The notes under the pieces: generated by a model
What the model saw: only the letters and a program-made list of their open reading frames with translations
Database searches by the model: none
Told to the model about the DNA's origin: nothing
NCBI GenBank assembly: GCA_018335935.1
Contig: JAGXRG010000069.1
Span: forward strand, 67,976 to 131,975
DNA length: 64,000 bases
Reading direction: 5' to 3'
Origin: Chitinophagaceae bacterium
Lineage (GTDB): Bacteria > Bacteroidota > Bacteroidia > Chitinophagales > Chitinophagaceae
Shown: piece after piece, positions 1-8,431 of the stretch
Layout: each line of letters opens with the position of its first letter
Numbering within the stretch: the first letter of the stretch is position 1
Made by a program: the position numbers and the translations under genes

Positions 1-239
1 AACATAGTTGGAATAGTAATCATGTAATGGGTAGGTTAATGTTATTTGAACTCAGCAGACATAGTGATCATCATTATATGGCTAGCAGAAAGTATCAAAT
101 CCTTCGCCACCACAGCAATGTACCACAAATGCCTACAGGCTATCCGGGTATGATGCTGCTCAGTTTAATTCCTCCACTTTGGTTTTATATCATGCACAAT
201 CAAATTCAACAATTTCAGCATAACAATCCTTCATCTTAA
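1..239 (+). CDS. AlkB-type alkane 1-monooxygenase / membrane fatty-acid desaturase family protein, C-terminal fragment (5' end outside window)
   Basis: Frame 3 is open from base 3. Translation HSWNSNHVMGRLMLFELSRHSDHHYMASRKYQILRHH...PTGYPGMMLLSLIPPLW matches the last His box (RHSDHH) and the PTGYP tail of AlkB-type hydroxylases. Confidence 0.75.
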   Translation, partial: HSWNSNHVMGRLMLFELSRHSDHHYMASRKYQILRHHSNVPQMPTGYPGMMLLSLIPPLWFYIMHNQIQQFQHNNPSS

Positions 240-297
240 TAGTATTTAGGCATTAATTATTTATTACCTTTGCCGTTTCTAAATTTAATCAAACAGA

Positions 298-1203
298 ATG
301 GTTGTAAATATTCCAGATTTTTCAGTCTCTCCACGAATTGACCAAGTAGGAATAGAGGAACGTGCATCAAGATTTACCAAAAGAAGCATAAAAAATGAAA
401 CTAAAGTCAATGGTTTAAAGCTTACTTTAAATATGATTGACCTTACCACTTTAGAAGGTAAAGATACAAAAGGCAAAGTACAACAACTTTGTTATAAAGC
501 ACAACATTTACATGATACTTATCCTGGCTTACCAACAGTTGCTGCAATTTGTGTGTATCCATCTATGGTAAAAATTGCTAAGCAAGCATTGGGTAATTCT
601 GGGGTTAAAGTAGCTGCTGTTGCAACAGCATTTCCTAGTGGTCAAGCACCAAAAGATGTAAAAATTCGCGATACCAAATTTGCAGTCAATGAAGGTGCCG
701 ATGAAATTGATATGGTGATTAGCAGAGGAAAGTTTTTAGAAGGCGAATATAATTTCGTGTTCGATGAAATTGCTGCTATTAAAGAAGCTTGTGGTACTGC
801 TCGATTAAAAGTAATTTTAGAAACGGGTGAACTAGTGACTTATGATAAAGTAAGAAGAGCAAGTGATATTGCTATGTATGCTGGTGCAGATTTTATTAAA
901 ACTTCAACAGGAAAAATTTCACCTGCTGCAACCATGCCTGTAACTTTAGTAATGTTAGAAGCGATAAGAGATTTTTATTATAAGACGGGTAAAAAAATTG
1001 CAATGAAGCCAGCAGGCGGAATCAGTAAATCAAAATTGGCTTTACATTATTTAGTCATGTTACAAGAAGTTTTAGGAACAGGCTGGATGAACAATGAATG
1101 GTTTCGTTTTGGTGCAAGTAGTTTAGCAAATGATGTACTCATGCAATTAGAAAAACAAAGAACTGGTGTTTATCAAAGTGCAAATTATTTTTCTATAGAT
1201 TAG
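298..1203 (+). CDS. deoC: deoxyribose-phosphate aldolase (long form)
   Basis: 301-aa ORF with MIDLTTLEG, ADEIDMVI, KVILETGEL and the Schiff-base lysine motif FIKTSTGK. Confidence 0.9.
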   Translation: MVVNIPDFSVSPRIDQVGIEERASRFTKRSIKNETKVNGLKLTLNMIDLTTLEGKDTKGKVQQLCYKAQHLHDTYPGLPTVAAICVYPSMVKIAKQALGNSGVKVAAVATAFPSGQAPKDVKIRDTKFAVNEGADEIDMVISRGKFLEGEYNFVFDEIAAIKEACGTARLKVILETGELVTYDKVRRASDIAMYAGADFIKTSTGKISPAATMPVTLVMLEAIRDFYYKTGKKIAMKPAGGISKSKLALHYLVMLQEVLGTGWMNNEWFRFGASSLANDVLMQLEKQRTGVYQSANYFSID

Positions 1204-1208
1204 GAATA

Positions 1209-1235
1209 GTTGAAAGTTTAAGGTTTAAAGTCTAT
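1209..1235. repeat. heptamer array (GTTTAAG-type word), left arm of an inverted pair
   Basis: ...agtttaa ggtttaa agtctat. This is the reverse complement of the array at 1351-1385. Confidence 0.7.
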
Positions 1236-1350
1236 GGTTGATTAATATGAAACTACTTAAACCTTATTACTAAAATTGAGATTATTAAACAAGAGTTATA
1301 GAAAATTAGTGACATAAAATAAAAGGTTATAGGCTTATTTAAAGTAAAAA

Positions 1351-1385
1351 CTTTAAACCTTAAACCTTAAACTTTAAACCTCATA
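1351..1385. repeat. heptamer array, 5 units, right arm
   Basis: ctttaaa ccttaaa ccttaaa ctttaaa cctcata. Ends 3 nt before the ALDH ATG. Confidence 0.8.
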
Positions 1386-1387
1386 GA

Positions 1388-2857
1388 ATGGCTAAAGCAA
1401 AAAACAATACAATTAAATTAAACTTCGATACAAAGTATGCCCCTGCTCCAGAAAGTAAAAGCAGTGCAAAAATTAATCCTAAGTACGATTTGTTCATTAA
1501 TGGAAAATTCGAAAAGCCATTAAGCAAAAAATATTTTGCAACAACAAATCCAGCGACTGAAGAAAAATTAAGTGAAGTTGCTGAAGCAAATGCTGCAGAT
1601 GTAGATAAAGCAGTTAAAGCTGCAAGAACTGCTTACGATAAAACCTGGAGCAAAATGCCTGCAAAGGAAAGAGCCAAGTATATTTATCGTATTGCCAGAA
1701 TGGTGCAAGAAAGAGCCAGAGAATTTGCTGTAATTGAAACTTTAGATGGAGGAAAATCTATTAGAGAAAGTAGAGATATTGATATTCCACTAGCAGCAAA
1801 TCATTTCTTTTATTATGCAGGCTGGGCAGATAAATTAGAATATGCTTTTCCCAATAAAAAAGTATCACCACTTGGAGTAGCAGGACAAATTATTCCATGG
1901 AATTTTCCTTTGCTTATGGCAGCATGGAAAATAGCTCCAGCATTAGCAACTGGTAATACTGTTGTATTAAAACCAGCAGAAAACACTCCTTTAACAGCAT
2001 TAAAACTTGCTGAAATTATTCAAGAGGCCGACTTGCCACCAGGTGTTGTAAATATTATTACAGGTGCAGGAGCAACTGGTGCAGCTATTGTAAATCATCC
2101 AGACATTAATAAAATTGCTTTTACAGGTTCTACAGATGTTGGTAAACTCATTCAAAGAGCAACAGCAGGAACCCATAAAAAAGTAACACTTGAATTAGGT
2201 GGAAAAGCAGCAAATATCATTTTCGATGATGCCCCACTTGATCAAGCTGTTGAAGGAATTATTAATGGTATTTTCTTTAATCAAGGTCATGTTTGTTGTG
2301 CAGGTTCTAGGTTATATGTTCAGGAAAGTGTATATCCACAAGTACTAAGAAAACTAAAAGATAGATTAGCTTCATTAATTGTTGGCGATCCAATGGATAA
2401 AAACACAGATATTGGTGCTATTAATTCTAAACAACAATTTGATACCATTCAGAAGTATTTAAAAATTGGGGAGAAAGAGGGTTTAGAAATGTATCAACAT
2501 CAATGCGACTTACCTAAAAAAGGATATTTCATTCGCCCAACTTTATTTACAAAAGTGGCACAGTCGAGTCGTTTGGCTCAAGAAGAAATTTTTGGACCAG
2601 TGTTAACTATTCAAACTTTTAGAACAGATGATGAAGTAATAGAAAAAGCAAATAACACGCCATTTGGTTTAAGTGCTGGTGTTTGGACAGACAAAGGTTC
2701 TAAGATTTTTAATTTAACTACCAAGCTAAGAGCGGGTGTAATTTGGGCTAATACATTTAATAAATTCGACCCAACTTCTCCTTTTGGTGGATATAAAGAA
2801 AGTGGATTTGGAAGAGAAGGTGGTTTACATGGTTTAGGGGCATATTTAAATTTATAA
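1388..2857 (+). CDS. NAD(P)-dependent aldehyde dehydrogenase (full length)
   Basis: 489 aa. ALDH motifs VTLELGGKA and FFNQGHVCCAGSR (catalytic Cys) are present, plus the C-terminal GYKESGFGRE. Confidence 0.9.
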   Translation: MAKAKNNTIKLNFDTKYAPAPESKSSAKINPKYDLFINGKFEKPLSKKYFATTNPATEEKLSEVAEANAADVDKAVKAARTAYDKTWSKMPAKERAKYIYRIARMVQERAREFAVIETLDGGKSIRESRDIDIPLAANHFFYYAGWADKLEYAFPNKKVSPLGVAGQIIPWNFPLLMAAWKIAPALATGNTVVLKPAENTPLTALKLAEIIQEADLPPGVVNIITGAGATGAAIVNHPDINKIAFTGSTDVGKLIQRATAGTHKKVTLELGGKAANIIFDDAPLDQAVEGIINGIFFNQGHVCCAGSRLYVQESVYPQVLRKLKDRLASLIVGDPMDKNTDIGAINSKQQFDTIQKYLKIGEKEGLEMYQHQCDLPKKGYFIRPTLFTKVAQSSRLAQEEIFGPVLTIQTFRTDDEVIEKANNTPFGLSAGVWTDKGSKIFNLTTKLRAGVIWANTFNKFDPTSPFGGYKESGFGREGGLHGLGAYLNL

Positions 2858-2859
2858 TA

Positions 2860-2889
2860 AACCACAAAGGACACAAAGAAGACTCAAAG
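2860..2889. repeat. left terminal inverted repeat of the GxxExxY cassette
   Basis: aaccacaaaggac...actcaaag. Its reverse complement recurs at 3288-3306. Confidence 0.8.
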
Positions 2890-2896
2890 ATTTATT

Positions 2897-3271
2897 ATGG
2901 AAGAAGTAAATAATTTATCTAGAAAAGTTATTGGTTGTGCAATTGATGTCCACAAAGCTTTGGGACCGGGTTTATTAGAAAGTGCTTATGAAGAGTGTTT
3001 GTTTTATAAAATTAGTAAGGAAGGAATGTTTGTAGAAAAGCAAAAAACATTGCCATTAATTTATGAAGATGTTAAAATGGATGTCGGATATAGAATTGAT
3101 TTATTAGTTGAAAACAAATTGATAGTTGAACTTAAAGCTGTTGAAACATTCACAGATGTTCATTTAGCACAAGTTTTAACTTATTTAAAATTATCAAAAA
3201 TTAAATTAGGGTTATTAATTAATTTTAATGTTGCTAGATTAACTGATGGTATAAAAAGAATTATTTTATAA
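2897..3271 (+). CDS. GxxExxY protein (PD-(D/E)XK nuclease-like superfamily)
   Basis: 124 aa. Contains the signature GPGLLESAYEECL (G-x-x-E-x-x-Y), then DLLVENKLIVELK. Size and motif order are typical of the GxxExxY family. Confidence 0.8.
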   Translation: MEEVNNLSRKVIGCAIDVHKALGPGLLESAYEECLFYKISKEGMFVEKQKTLPLIYEDVKMDVGYRIDLLVENKLIVELKAVETFTDVHLAQVLTYLKLSKIKLGLLINFNVARLTDGIKRIIL

Positions 3272-3287
3272 ATTCCCTTAGTGACTA

Positions 3288-3306
3288 CTTTGAGTCCTTT
3301 GTGGTT
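3288..3306. repeat. right terminal inverted repeat of the GxxExxY cassette
   Basis: ctttgagtcctttgtggtt. A 13-nt perfect complement (gtcctttgtggtt) of 2860-2872, plus ctttgagt against actcaaag. Confidence 0.8.
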
Positions 3307-3320
3307 AAATTAAAAACAAA

Positions 3321-4205
3321 ATGACAAGATTGGAAGTTTTAAAAACATACAAAATTTACATTGGAGGCCAGTTTCCAAGAACTGAAAGTGGTAGATATTA
3401 TGTTGCTAAAAATAAAAACGGCCAACAATTAGCCAATGTATGTTTAAGCAGTAGAAAAGATTTTAGAGATGCTGTTGTGGCTGCAAGAAATGCATTTGGG
3501 GGCTGGAGTGCCAAAGCTGCTTTTAACAGAGGTCAAATCTTGTATCGTATGGCTGAAATGCTTGAAGGTAGAAAAGCTCAGTTTATAGATGAGCTCATGA
3601 AACAAGATGCAACAGCTGCCCAAGCAGAAAAAGAAGTGAACACTTCAATTGATAGATTAATCTATTATGCCGGTTGGTGCGATAAATTTCAACAAGTTTA
3701 TAGCAGTGTGAATCCTGTTGCTTCTTCTCACTTCAACTTTTCTGTTCCTGAACCCACTGGTGTTGTTGCCATAATAGCTCCACAAGAAAGTTCTTTATTG
3801 GGTTTAGTTTCAGTAATTGCACCAGTAATTGCAGGTGGCAATACTTGTGTAGTTTTAGCTAGTGAAACAAAACCTTTATGTGCAGTAACTTTAGCAGAAG
3901 TAATTAATTCGTCTGATGTTTCTGGAGGTGTGGTTAATATACTAACTGGTAAACCTAGTGAATTGATAAAATATTTTGCCGATCATATGGATGTAAATGC
4001 TATGATTTATTGTGAAAACGACATGAATACTATTAAAATGATTCAAGAAACAGCAGCATTAAATGTGAAAAGAGTTGTTCTTTACAATAAAATAAAATGG
4101 AATAGCGATGAAGCTGAAAATCCATACATGATTATGGATACACAAGAAATAAAAACAACTTGGCATCCTATTGAAAATATTGGTGGAGCAAAAGCAGGAT
4201 ATTAG
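3321..4205 (+). CDS. aldehyde dehydrogenase family protein lacking the catalytic domain (NAD-binding/oligomerisation part only)
   Basis: 294 aa. The N-terminal two thirds align by eye to the ALDH Rossmann part (YIGG, AARNAFGGW, IYYAGWCDK, GVVAIIAPQ, APVIAGGNTCVV). The ORF ends about 40 aa after the position of the ELGGK motif, with an ALDH-like C-terminal strand (QEIKTTW). No catalytic Cys segment is present. Confidence 0.7.
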   Translation: MTRLEVLKTYKIYIGGQFPRTESGRYYVAKNKNGQQLANVCLSSRKDFRDAVVAARNAFGGWSAKAAFNRGQILYRMAEMLEGRKAQFIDELMKQDATAAQAEKEVNTSIDRLIYYAGWCDKFQQVYSSVNPVASSHFNFSVPEPTGVVAIIAPQESSLLGLVSVIAPVIAGGNTCVVLASETKPLCAVTLAEVINSSDVSGGVVNILTGKPSELIKYFADHMDVNAMIYCENDMNTIKMIQETAALNVKRVVLYNKIKWNSDEAENPYMIMDTQEIKTTWHPIENIGGAKAGY

Positions 4206-4230
4206 GATAATTTTAAATTGTAAATTATTA

Positions 4231-4692
4231 ATGAAGAAATCTTTTTACTTTTTTCTTGCTACTTGCTACTTATTACTTAATCAAGTAAATGGTCAAGTAG
4301 ATACTATAAGTTTCAGAAAAGATTCTATTCAGGTAAACAAAGACCCTCGTTTAGATATTCTTGCTCAAAAACAAGCTATCATAAATAAACGTGCTCAGTC
4401 ACAACTTAGTACAGGATTATATAAAGGCTTTAGATTACAATTATTAAGTTCTAATAATCGTAATCAAGCTTTTAAATTAAAGTATGAGTTAATGACTAAA
4501 TATCCTGAGCATAAAGCTTATGTTGTGTATCAGGCACCATATTTTAAAGTAAGAATAGGCAATTTTTTAAAAAGGGAAGATGCTGAAAAAGCAAGAAAAC
4601 TATTATTAAAATCATATAGCTCCGGTGTATATTTGGTTGAAGATGCTATTGAATATAGACCAACAAACACCACACTTCCAATGGAAGAATAA
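4231..4692 (+). CDS. SPOR domain-containing protein (signal peptide)
   Basis: I prefer the internal ATG at 4231 (MKKSFYFFLATCYLLLNQVNG, a signal-like N-terminus). The C-terminal part FRLQLLSSNNRNQAFKLKYEL...YFKVRIGNFLKREDAEKARKLL is SPOR-like. The track start at 4171 overlaps the previous gene. Confidence 0.75.
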   Translation: MKKSFYFFLATCYLLLNQVNGQVDTISFRKDSIQVNKDPRLDILAQKQAIINKRAQSQLSTGLYKGFRLQLLSSNNRNQAFKLKYELMTKYPEHKAYVVYQAPYFKVRIGNFLKREDAEKARKLLLKSYSSGVYLVEDAIEYRPTNTTLPMEE

Positions 4693-4701
4693 AATGAATG
4701 C

Positions 4702-5874
4702 ATGCTAGAAAAAATTAAATCACTTGCAACACAATATGCCGATGAGTTCAAAGCCATCAGACATCATTTGCATGCTCATCCTGAATTGAGTTATCAAGAA
4801 TTTAATACCTCTCTTTTCATCCAAAATAAATTATCAGAATTCAATATTCCTTTTACTGTTCTTGCTAAAACTGGAGTAGTCGGAATCATTGAAGGAAAAA
4901 ATCCTTCCTCTAGAATTATAGCACTTCGTGCAGATATGGATGCATTACCTATTCAAGAAGAAAATAATGTTTCATACAAATCAAAAATAGATGGAGTGAT
5001 GCATGCTTGTGGTCATGATGTTCACACCACTTGCTTATTAGGTGCTGCTAAAATTTTATCTGAATTAAAAAATGAATTTGAAGGAACTGTAAAATTAATT
5101 TTTCAATTAGGAGAAGAAAAAAATCCAGGTGGTGCAAGCTTGATGATTGCAGAAGGGGTTTTAGAAAATCCTGCACCTACAAAAATTATTGCTTTACATG
5201 TGCACCCTGGTTTGCAAGTAGGTAAATTAAGTTTTAGAAAAGGAAGAGTGATGGCTAGTGCTGATGAAATTTATATCACGATAAAAGGAAAGGGTGGTCA
5301 TGCTGCTGCTCCACATCTTACTCAAGATACAGTTCTTATTGCATCTCAACTCATTGTTTCATTACAACAAATTATTTCGAGAAATAACAATCCAATTTCT
5401 CCTTCAGTTTTATCAATTTGTTCTATTCATGGTGGTAATGCAACAAATGTAATTCCAAGTGAAGTAAAACTCATGGGCACCTTTAGAGCTATGGATGAAG
5501 GATGGCGTTTTAAAGCTCATGAATTAATTAAAACACAAGCTAAATCTATAGTTGAGGGCATGGGTGCAGAATTAGATATTACTATTGATGTTGGCTATCC
5601 AACAGTAGATAGTGAACCCATGCTTACAGAACATTGTTCAATTCTTGCCTCAGAATTTATGGGTGAAAATAATATTGAAGAAACAGAATTAAGAATGGGA
5701 GCCGAAGATTTTGGCTATTATACTCAAAAAATTCCTGGTTGTTTTTTTCGCTTAGGCGTAAGAAATGAAAGCCTTGGAATTATGCATAATGTGCATACTC
5801 CTCAATTCAATATAGATGAAAATGCCATTGAAATTGGCATGGGTATTATGTCTTGGTTAGCTCTTAAAGCCTAA
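4702..5874 (+). CDS. M20 family metallopeptidase / N-acyl-L-amino acid amidohydrolase
   Basis: 390 aa with IALRADMDALP, HACGHDVHT and GEEKNPGGA motifs of the M20D amidohydrolase group. Confidence 0.85.
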   Translation: MLEKIKSLATQYADEFKAIRHHLHAHPELSYQEFNTSLFIQNKLSEFNIPFTVLAKTGVVGIIEGKNPSSRIIALRADMDALPIQEENNVSYKSKIDGVMHACGHDVHTTCLLGAAKILSELKNEFEGTVKLIFQLGEEKNPGGASLMIAEGVLENPAPTKIIALHVHPGLQVGKLSFRKGRVMASADEIYITIKGKGGHAAAPHLTQDTVLIASQLIVSLQQIISRNNNPISPSVLSICSIHGGNATNVIPSEVKLMGTFRAMDEGWRFKAHELIKTQAKSIVEGMGAELDITIDVGYPTVDSEPMLTEHCSILASEFMGENNIEETELRMGAEDFGYYTQKIPGCFFRLGVRNESLGIMHNVHTPQFNIDENAIEIGMGIMSWLALKA

Positions 5875-5942
5875 GCAAAAATTGTTAAAGTTGATTTAGT
5901 TTTAGCCTTAAAGCTTATTTTTACCGCAATTAAAGAGTTTTC

Positions 5943-7025
5943 ATGAATATTAATAACATTGTTCCAAAATTTCCTGTAGTAAAAGACTCACTGCATGCAG
6001 AATTAAGAAGAAGAGTCAACCAGTATTTTACCGATAACAATATAGACCCAACAGGCGATGGTCGTTTATTTTTTAAAGCCATATTACTTGTTACCATTTT
6101 TGGTGCTTTATATACACATTTAATCTTTGTTCAACCCGTTTGGTATGTAAGCTTAATTGAATGCTTTGCTTTAGGTGGAGTAATTGCAGCTATTGGCTTT
6201 AATGTAATGCACGATGGCAGTCATGGTAGCTTTAGCAAGAACAGAATATTAAATAAAATTGCTGCTCATAGCATCAGTATGTTAGGTGCCAATCATTTTA
6301 TGTGGAATATGAAACATAATATGATTCACCACACATTTACCAATATTGATGGAGTTGATGATGATATTGAAGTGGGCATTTTCATGAGAATGGCACCTAC
6401 TCAAAAAAGATTAAAAGCACACAAGTTTCAACATTTTTATTTCTGGTTTCTGTATATGCTGTTATATATTTTCTGGATCTTCTATACCGATTATTCAAAA
6501 TATTTTAAACAAAAAATTGGTAGTGTGCCTTTAAAGAAAATGGAACTAAAAGATCACATAGGTTTTTGGGTAGTAAAAGTATATCATGCTGCATTATTTA
6601 TTGTTATTCCAATTATAATGGTAGGCTGGTTAAATTGGTTAATTGGATTTATTACCATTACTTTTTTTGCTGGATTTGTGTTAAGCATTGTTTTTCAATT
6701 AGCACATACTGTTGAGCATACTGAATTTCCTGTTGCAAGCATTGAAGAAAATAAATTGCCTGATGAGTTTGCTGCTCATCAAATTAAAACCACAGCAAAT
6801 TTTGCTACAAAAAATAAATTAGTAAGTTGGTTAGTAGGCGGATTAAATTTTCAAATTGAACACCATTTATTTCCAAAAATTTCTCATATTCATTACCCTG
6901 CCATTAGTGATATTATTCGTTCTGTTTGTAAAGAATATCAATTACAATATATTGAATATCCAACTACAAGAAAAGCTATTGCTGCTCATGTAAGATTTCT
7001 TCGACAAATGGGCAAGTACGACTAA
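5943..7025 (+). CDS. membrane acyl-lipid (front-end type) fatty acid desaturase
   Basis: 360 aa. Three His boxes are present: HDGSHGS, HNMIHH and QIEHHLFP (Q-x-x-HH variant). Several hydrophobic spans. No cytochrome b5 domain. Confidence 0.8.
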   Translation: MNINNIVPKFPVVKDSLHAELRRRVNQYFTDNNIDPTGDGRLFFKAILLVTIFGALYTHLIFVQPVWYVSLIECFALGGVIAAIGFNVMHDGSHGSFSKNRILNKIAAHSISMLGANHFMWNMKHNMIHHTFTNIDGVDDDIEVGIFMRMAPTQKRLKAHKFQHFYFWFLYMLLYIFWIFYTDYSKYFKQKIGSVPLKKMELKDHIGFWVVKVYHAALFIVIPIIMVGWLNWLIGFITITFFAGFVLSIVFQLAHTVEHTEFPVASIEENKLPDEFAAHQIKTTANFATKNKLVSWLVGGLNFQIEHHLFPKISHIHYPAISDIIRSVCKEYQLQYIEYPTTRKAIAAHVRFLRQMGKYD

Positions 7026-7055
7026 TAAGTTATTCAGATTTTATAATAATTCTTA

Positions 7056-7090
7056 AAAGGAATAGTGATTTAATCCACTATTCCTTTTTT
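7056..7090 (+). terminator. rho-independent terminator after the desaturase gene
   Basis: aaaaggaatagtg / cactattcctttt stem followed by a T-run. Confidence 0.7.
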
Positions 7091-7133
7091 CTTAACCTTA
7101 CCCTTGTACATTTGGTAAAATAAACTTACTCAA

Positions 7134-8216
7134 GTGAATCCTAATCATTACGTTGCAATTATGGCTGGCGGAATTGGCTCTCGTTTTTGGCCAATGAGCA
7201 GAACTTCTTATCCAAAACAATTTTTAGACATATTAAATAGTGGTAAAACTTTAATTCAATGGACCTTTGAGCGTTATGCTGCTTTTATTCCTAAAGAAAA
7301 TATTTTCATTATTACTTCTGAAGAGTATACTGAAATAGTTGCAGAGCAATTAAAAGATTTACCTCTTGAAAATATTTTAGCTGAACCCAGCAAAAAAAAC
7401 ACAGCCCCTTGTGTAGCTTATATTGCTTTTAAACTCTTACAAAAAAATCCAAAAGCATCTATGATTGTGGCACCAAGTGACCATATGATTTTAGATGGAG
7501 AAACTTTTAAGACCATTGCATTAAAAGCACTAGACTTTGTAGAAAAATCAAGCAGTTTAGTTACATTAGGTATTAAACCTACTTATCCAAATACTGGTTA
7601 TGGTTATATTCAGTACGATACAGAAGTTATAGAAGATGATATTTTTAAAGTAAAAACTTTTACCGAAAAGCCAGATTTAGAATTGGCTAAAACTTTTTTA
7701 TTGAGTGGCGATTTTTTATGGAATGCAGGTATTTTTATTTGGAAAGCCAAAGATGTGATTGATGAATTTGCTTCTCAACAAACTGAAATGTTTGAGTTGT
7801 TTGAAAATGAAAAAAATCATTTCAATACCGATGCTGAAAAAGAAGCCATTGGCAGAATATATCCTTTATGCACCAACATCTCTATAGACTTTGCCATTAT
7901 GGAAAATGCAAAATCGGTTTGTGTAATTCCATCTTCTTTTGGTTGGAGCGATTTAGGCACTTGGAACAGTGCTTATGAAAATTTAGATAAAGATTATTTA
8001 GGCAATGCTGTAGCTAGCAATAATGTAATTGTAATAGATGCTACTAAATGTATGGTAAGTGCCCCACACGATAAACTTTTAGTTTTACAAGGTCTAGATG
8101 ATTTTATTGTTGTAGATACTAAAGACGCATTACTTATTTGCAAAAAAGATAAAGAACAAGCCATTAAAGATTATGTTGCTGAAGTAAAACGAAGCAAAGG
8201 AGATAAGTATTTATAA
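7134..8216 (+). CDS. manC: mannose-1-phosphate guanylyltransferase (nucleotidyltransferase only, no isomerase domain)
   Basis: GTG start. 360 aa with IMAGGIGSRFWPMSR and APSDHMI motifs. Confidence 0.8.
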   Translation: MNPNHYVAIMAGGIGSRFWPMSRTSYPKQFLDILNSGKTLIQWTFERYAAFIPKENIFIITSEEYTEIVAEQLKDLPLENILAEPSKKNTAPCVAYIAFKLLQKNPKASMIVAPSDHMILDGETFKTIALKALDFVEKSSSLVTLGIKPTYPNTGYGYIQYDTEVIEDDIFKVKTFTEKPDLELAKTFLLSGDFLWNAGIFIWKAKDVIDEFASQQTEMFELFENEKNHFNTDAEKEAIGRIYPLCTNISIDFAIMENAKSVCVIPSSFGWSDLGTWNSAYENLDKDYLGNAVASNNVIVIDATKCMVSAPHDKLLVLQGLDDFIVVDTKDALLICKKDKEQAIKDYVAEVKRSKGDKYL

Positions 8217-8220
8217 ATTT

Positions 8221-8255
8221 AAAAAAACTGCGAAATATTTTGTTTCGCAGTTTTT
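8221..8255. terminator. rho-independent terminator after manC (A-run / hairpin / T-run)
   Basis: The ctgcgaaa-tattttg-tttcgcag hairpin (8228-8250) is flanked by aaaaaaa and ttttt. Confidence 0.75.
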
Positions 8256-8431
8256 ATGTTGATTATTACAAATACTTCATATTACATTTACCCATGCCAT
8301 TGTTATAGCTCTACTGTGGAATGAAATTTTAGTAATCTGACTAACATCATTCTTTTTAAACACTAAATTTTATGAACTCTAATCGATAGCAAGTAATTTT
8401 GCATCCTATTAAATCATCTTATACAAATTTT

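Noticed and set aside
4171-4230. Longer N-terminal extensions suggested by the ORF track: SPOR protein from 4171, fumC from TTG 8399, fabI from 35140, and the MerR-like gene from 56816.
   Set aside because: The extensions overlap upstream genes or add non-homologous residues ahead of canonical N-termini (a signal peptide; [12 protein letters not shown]; MSNNLLKGKKG; MSFAQLDLF). Internal ATGs are preferred.
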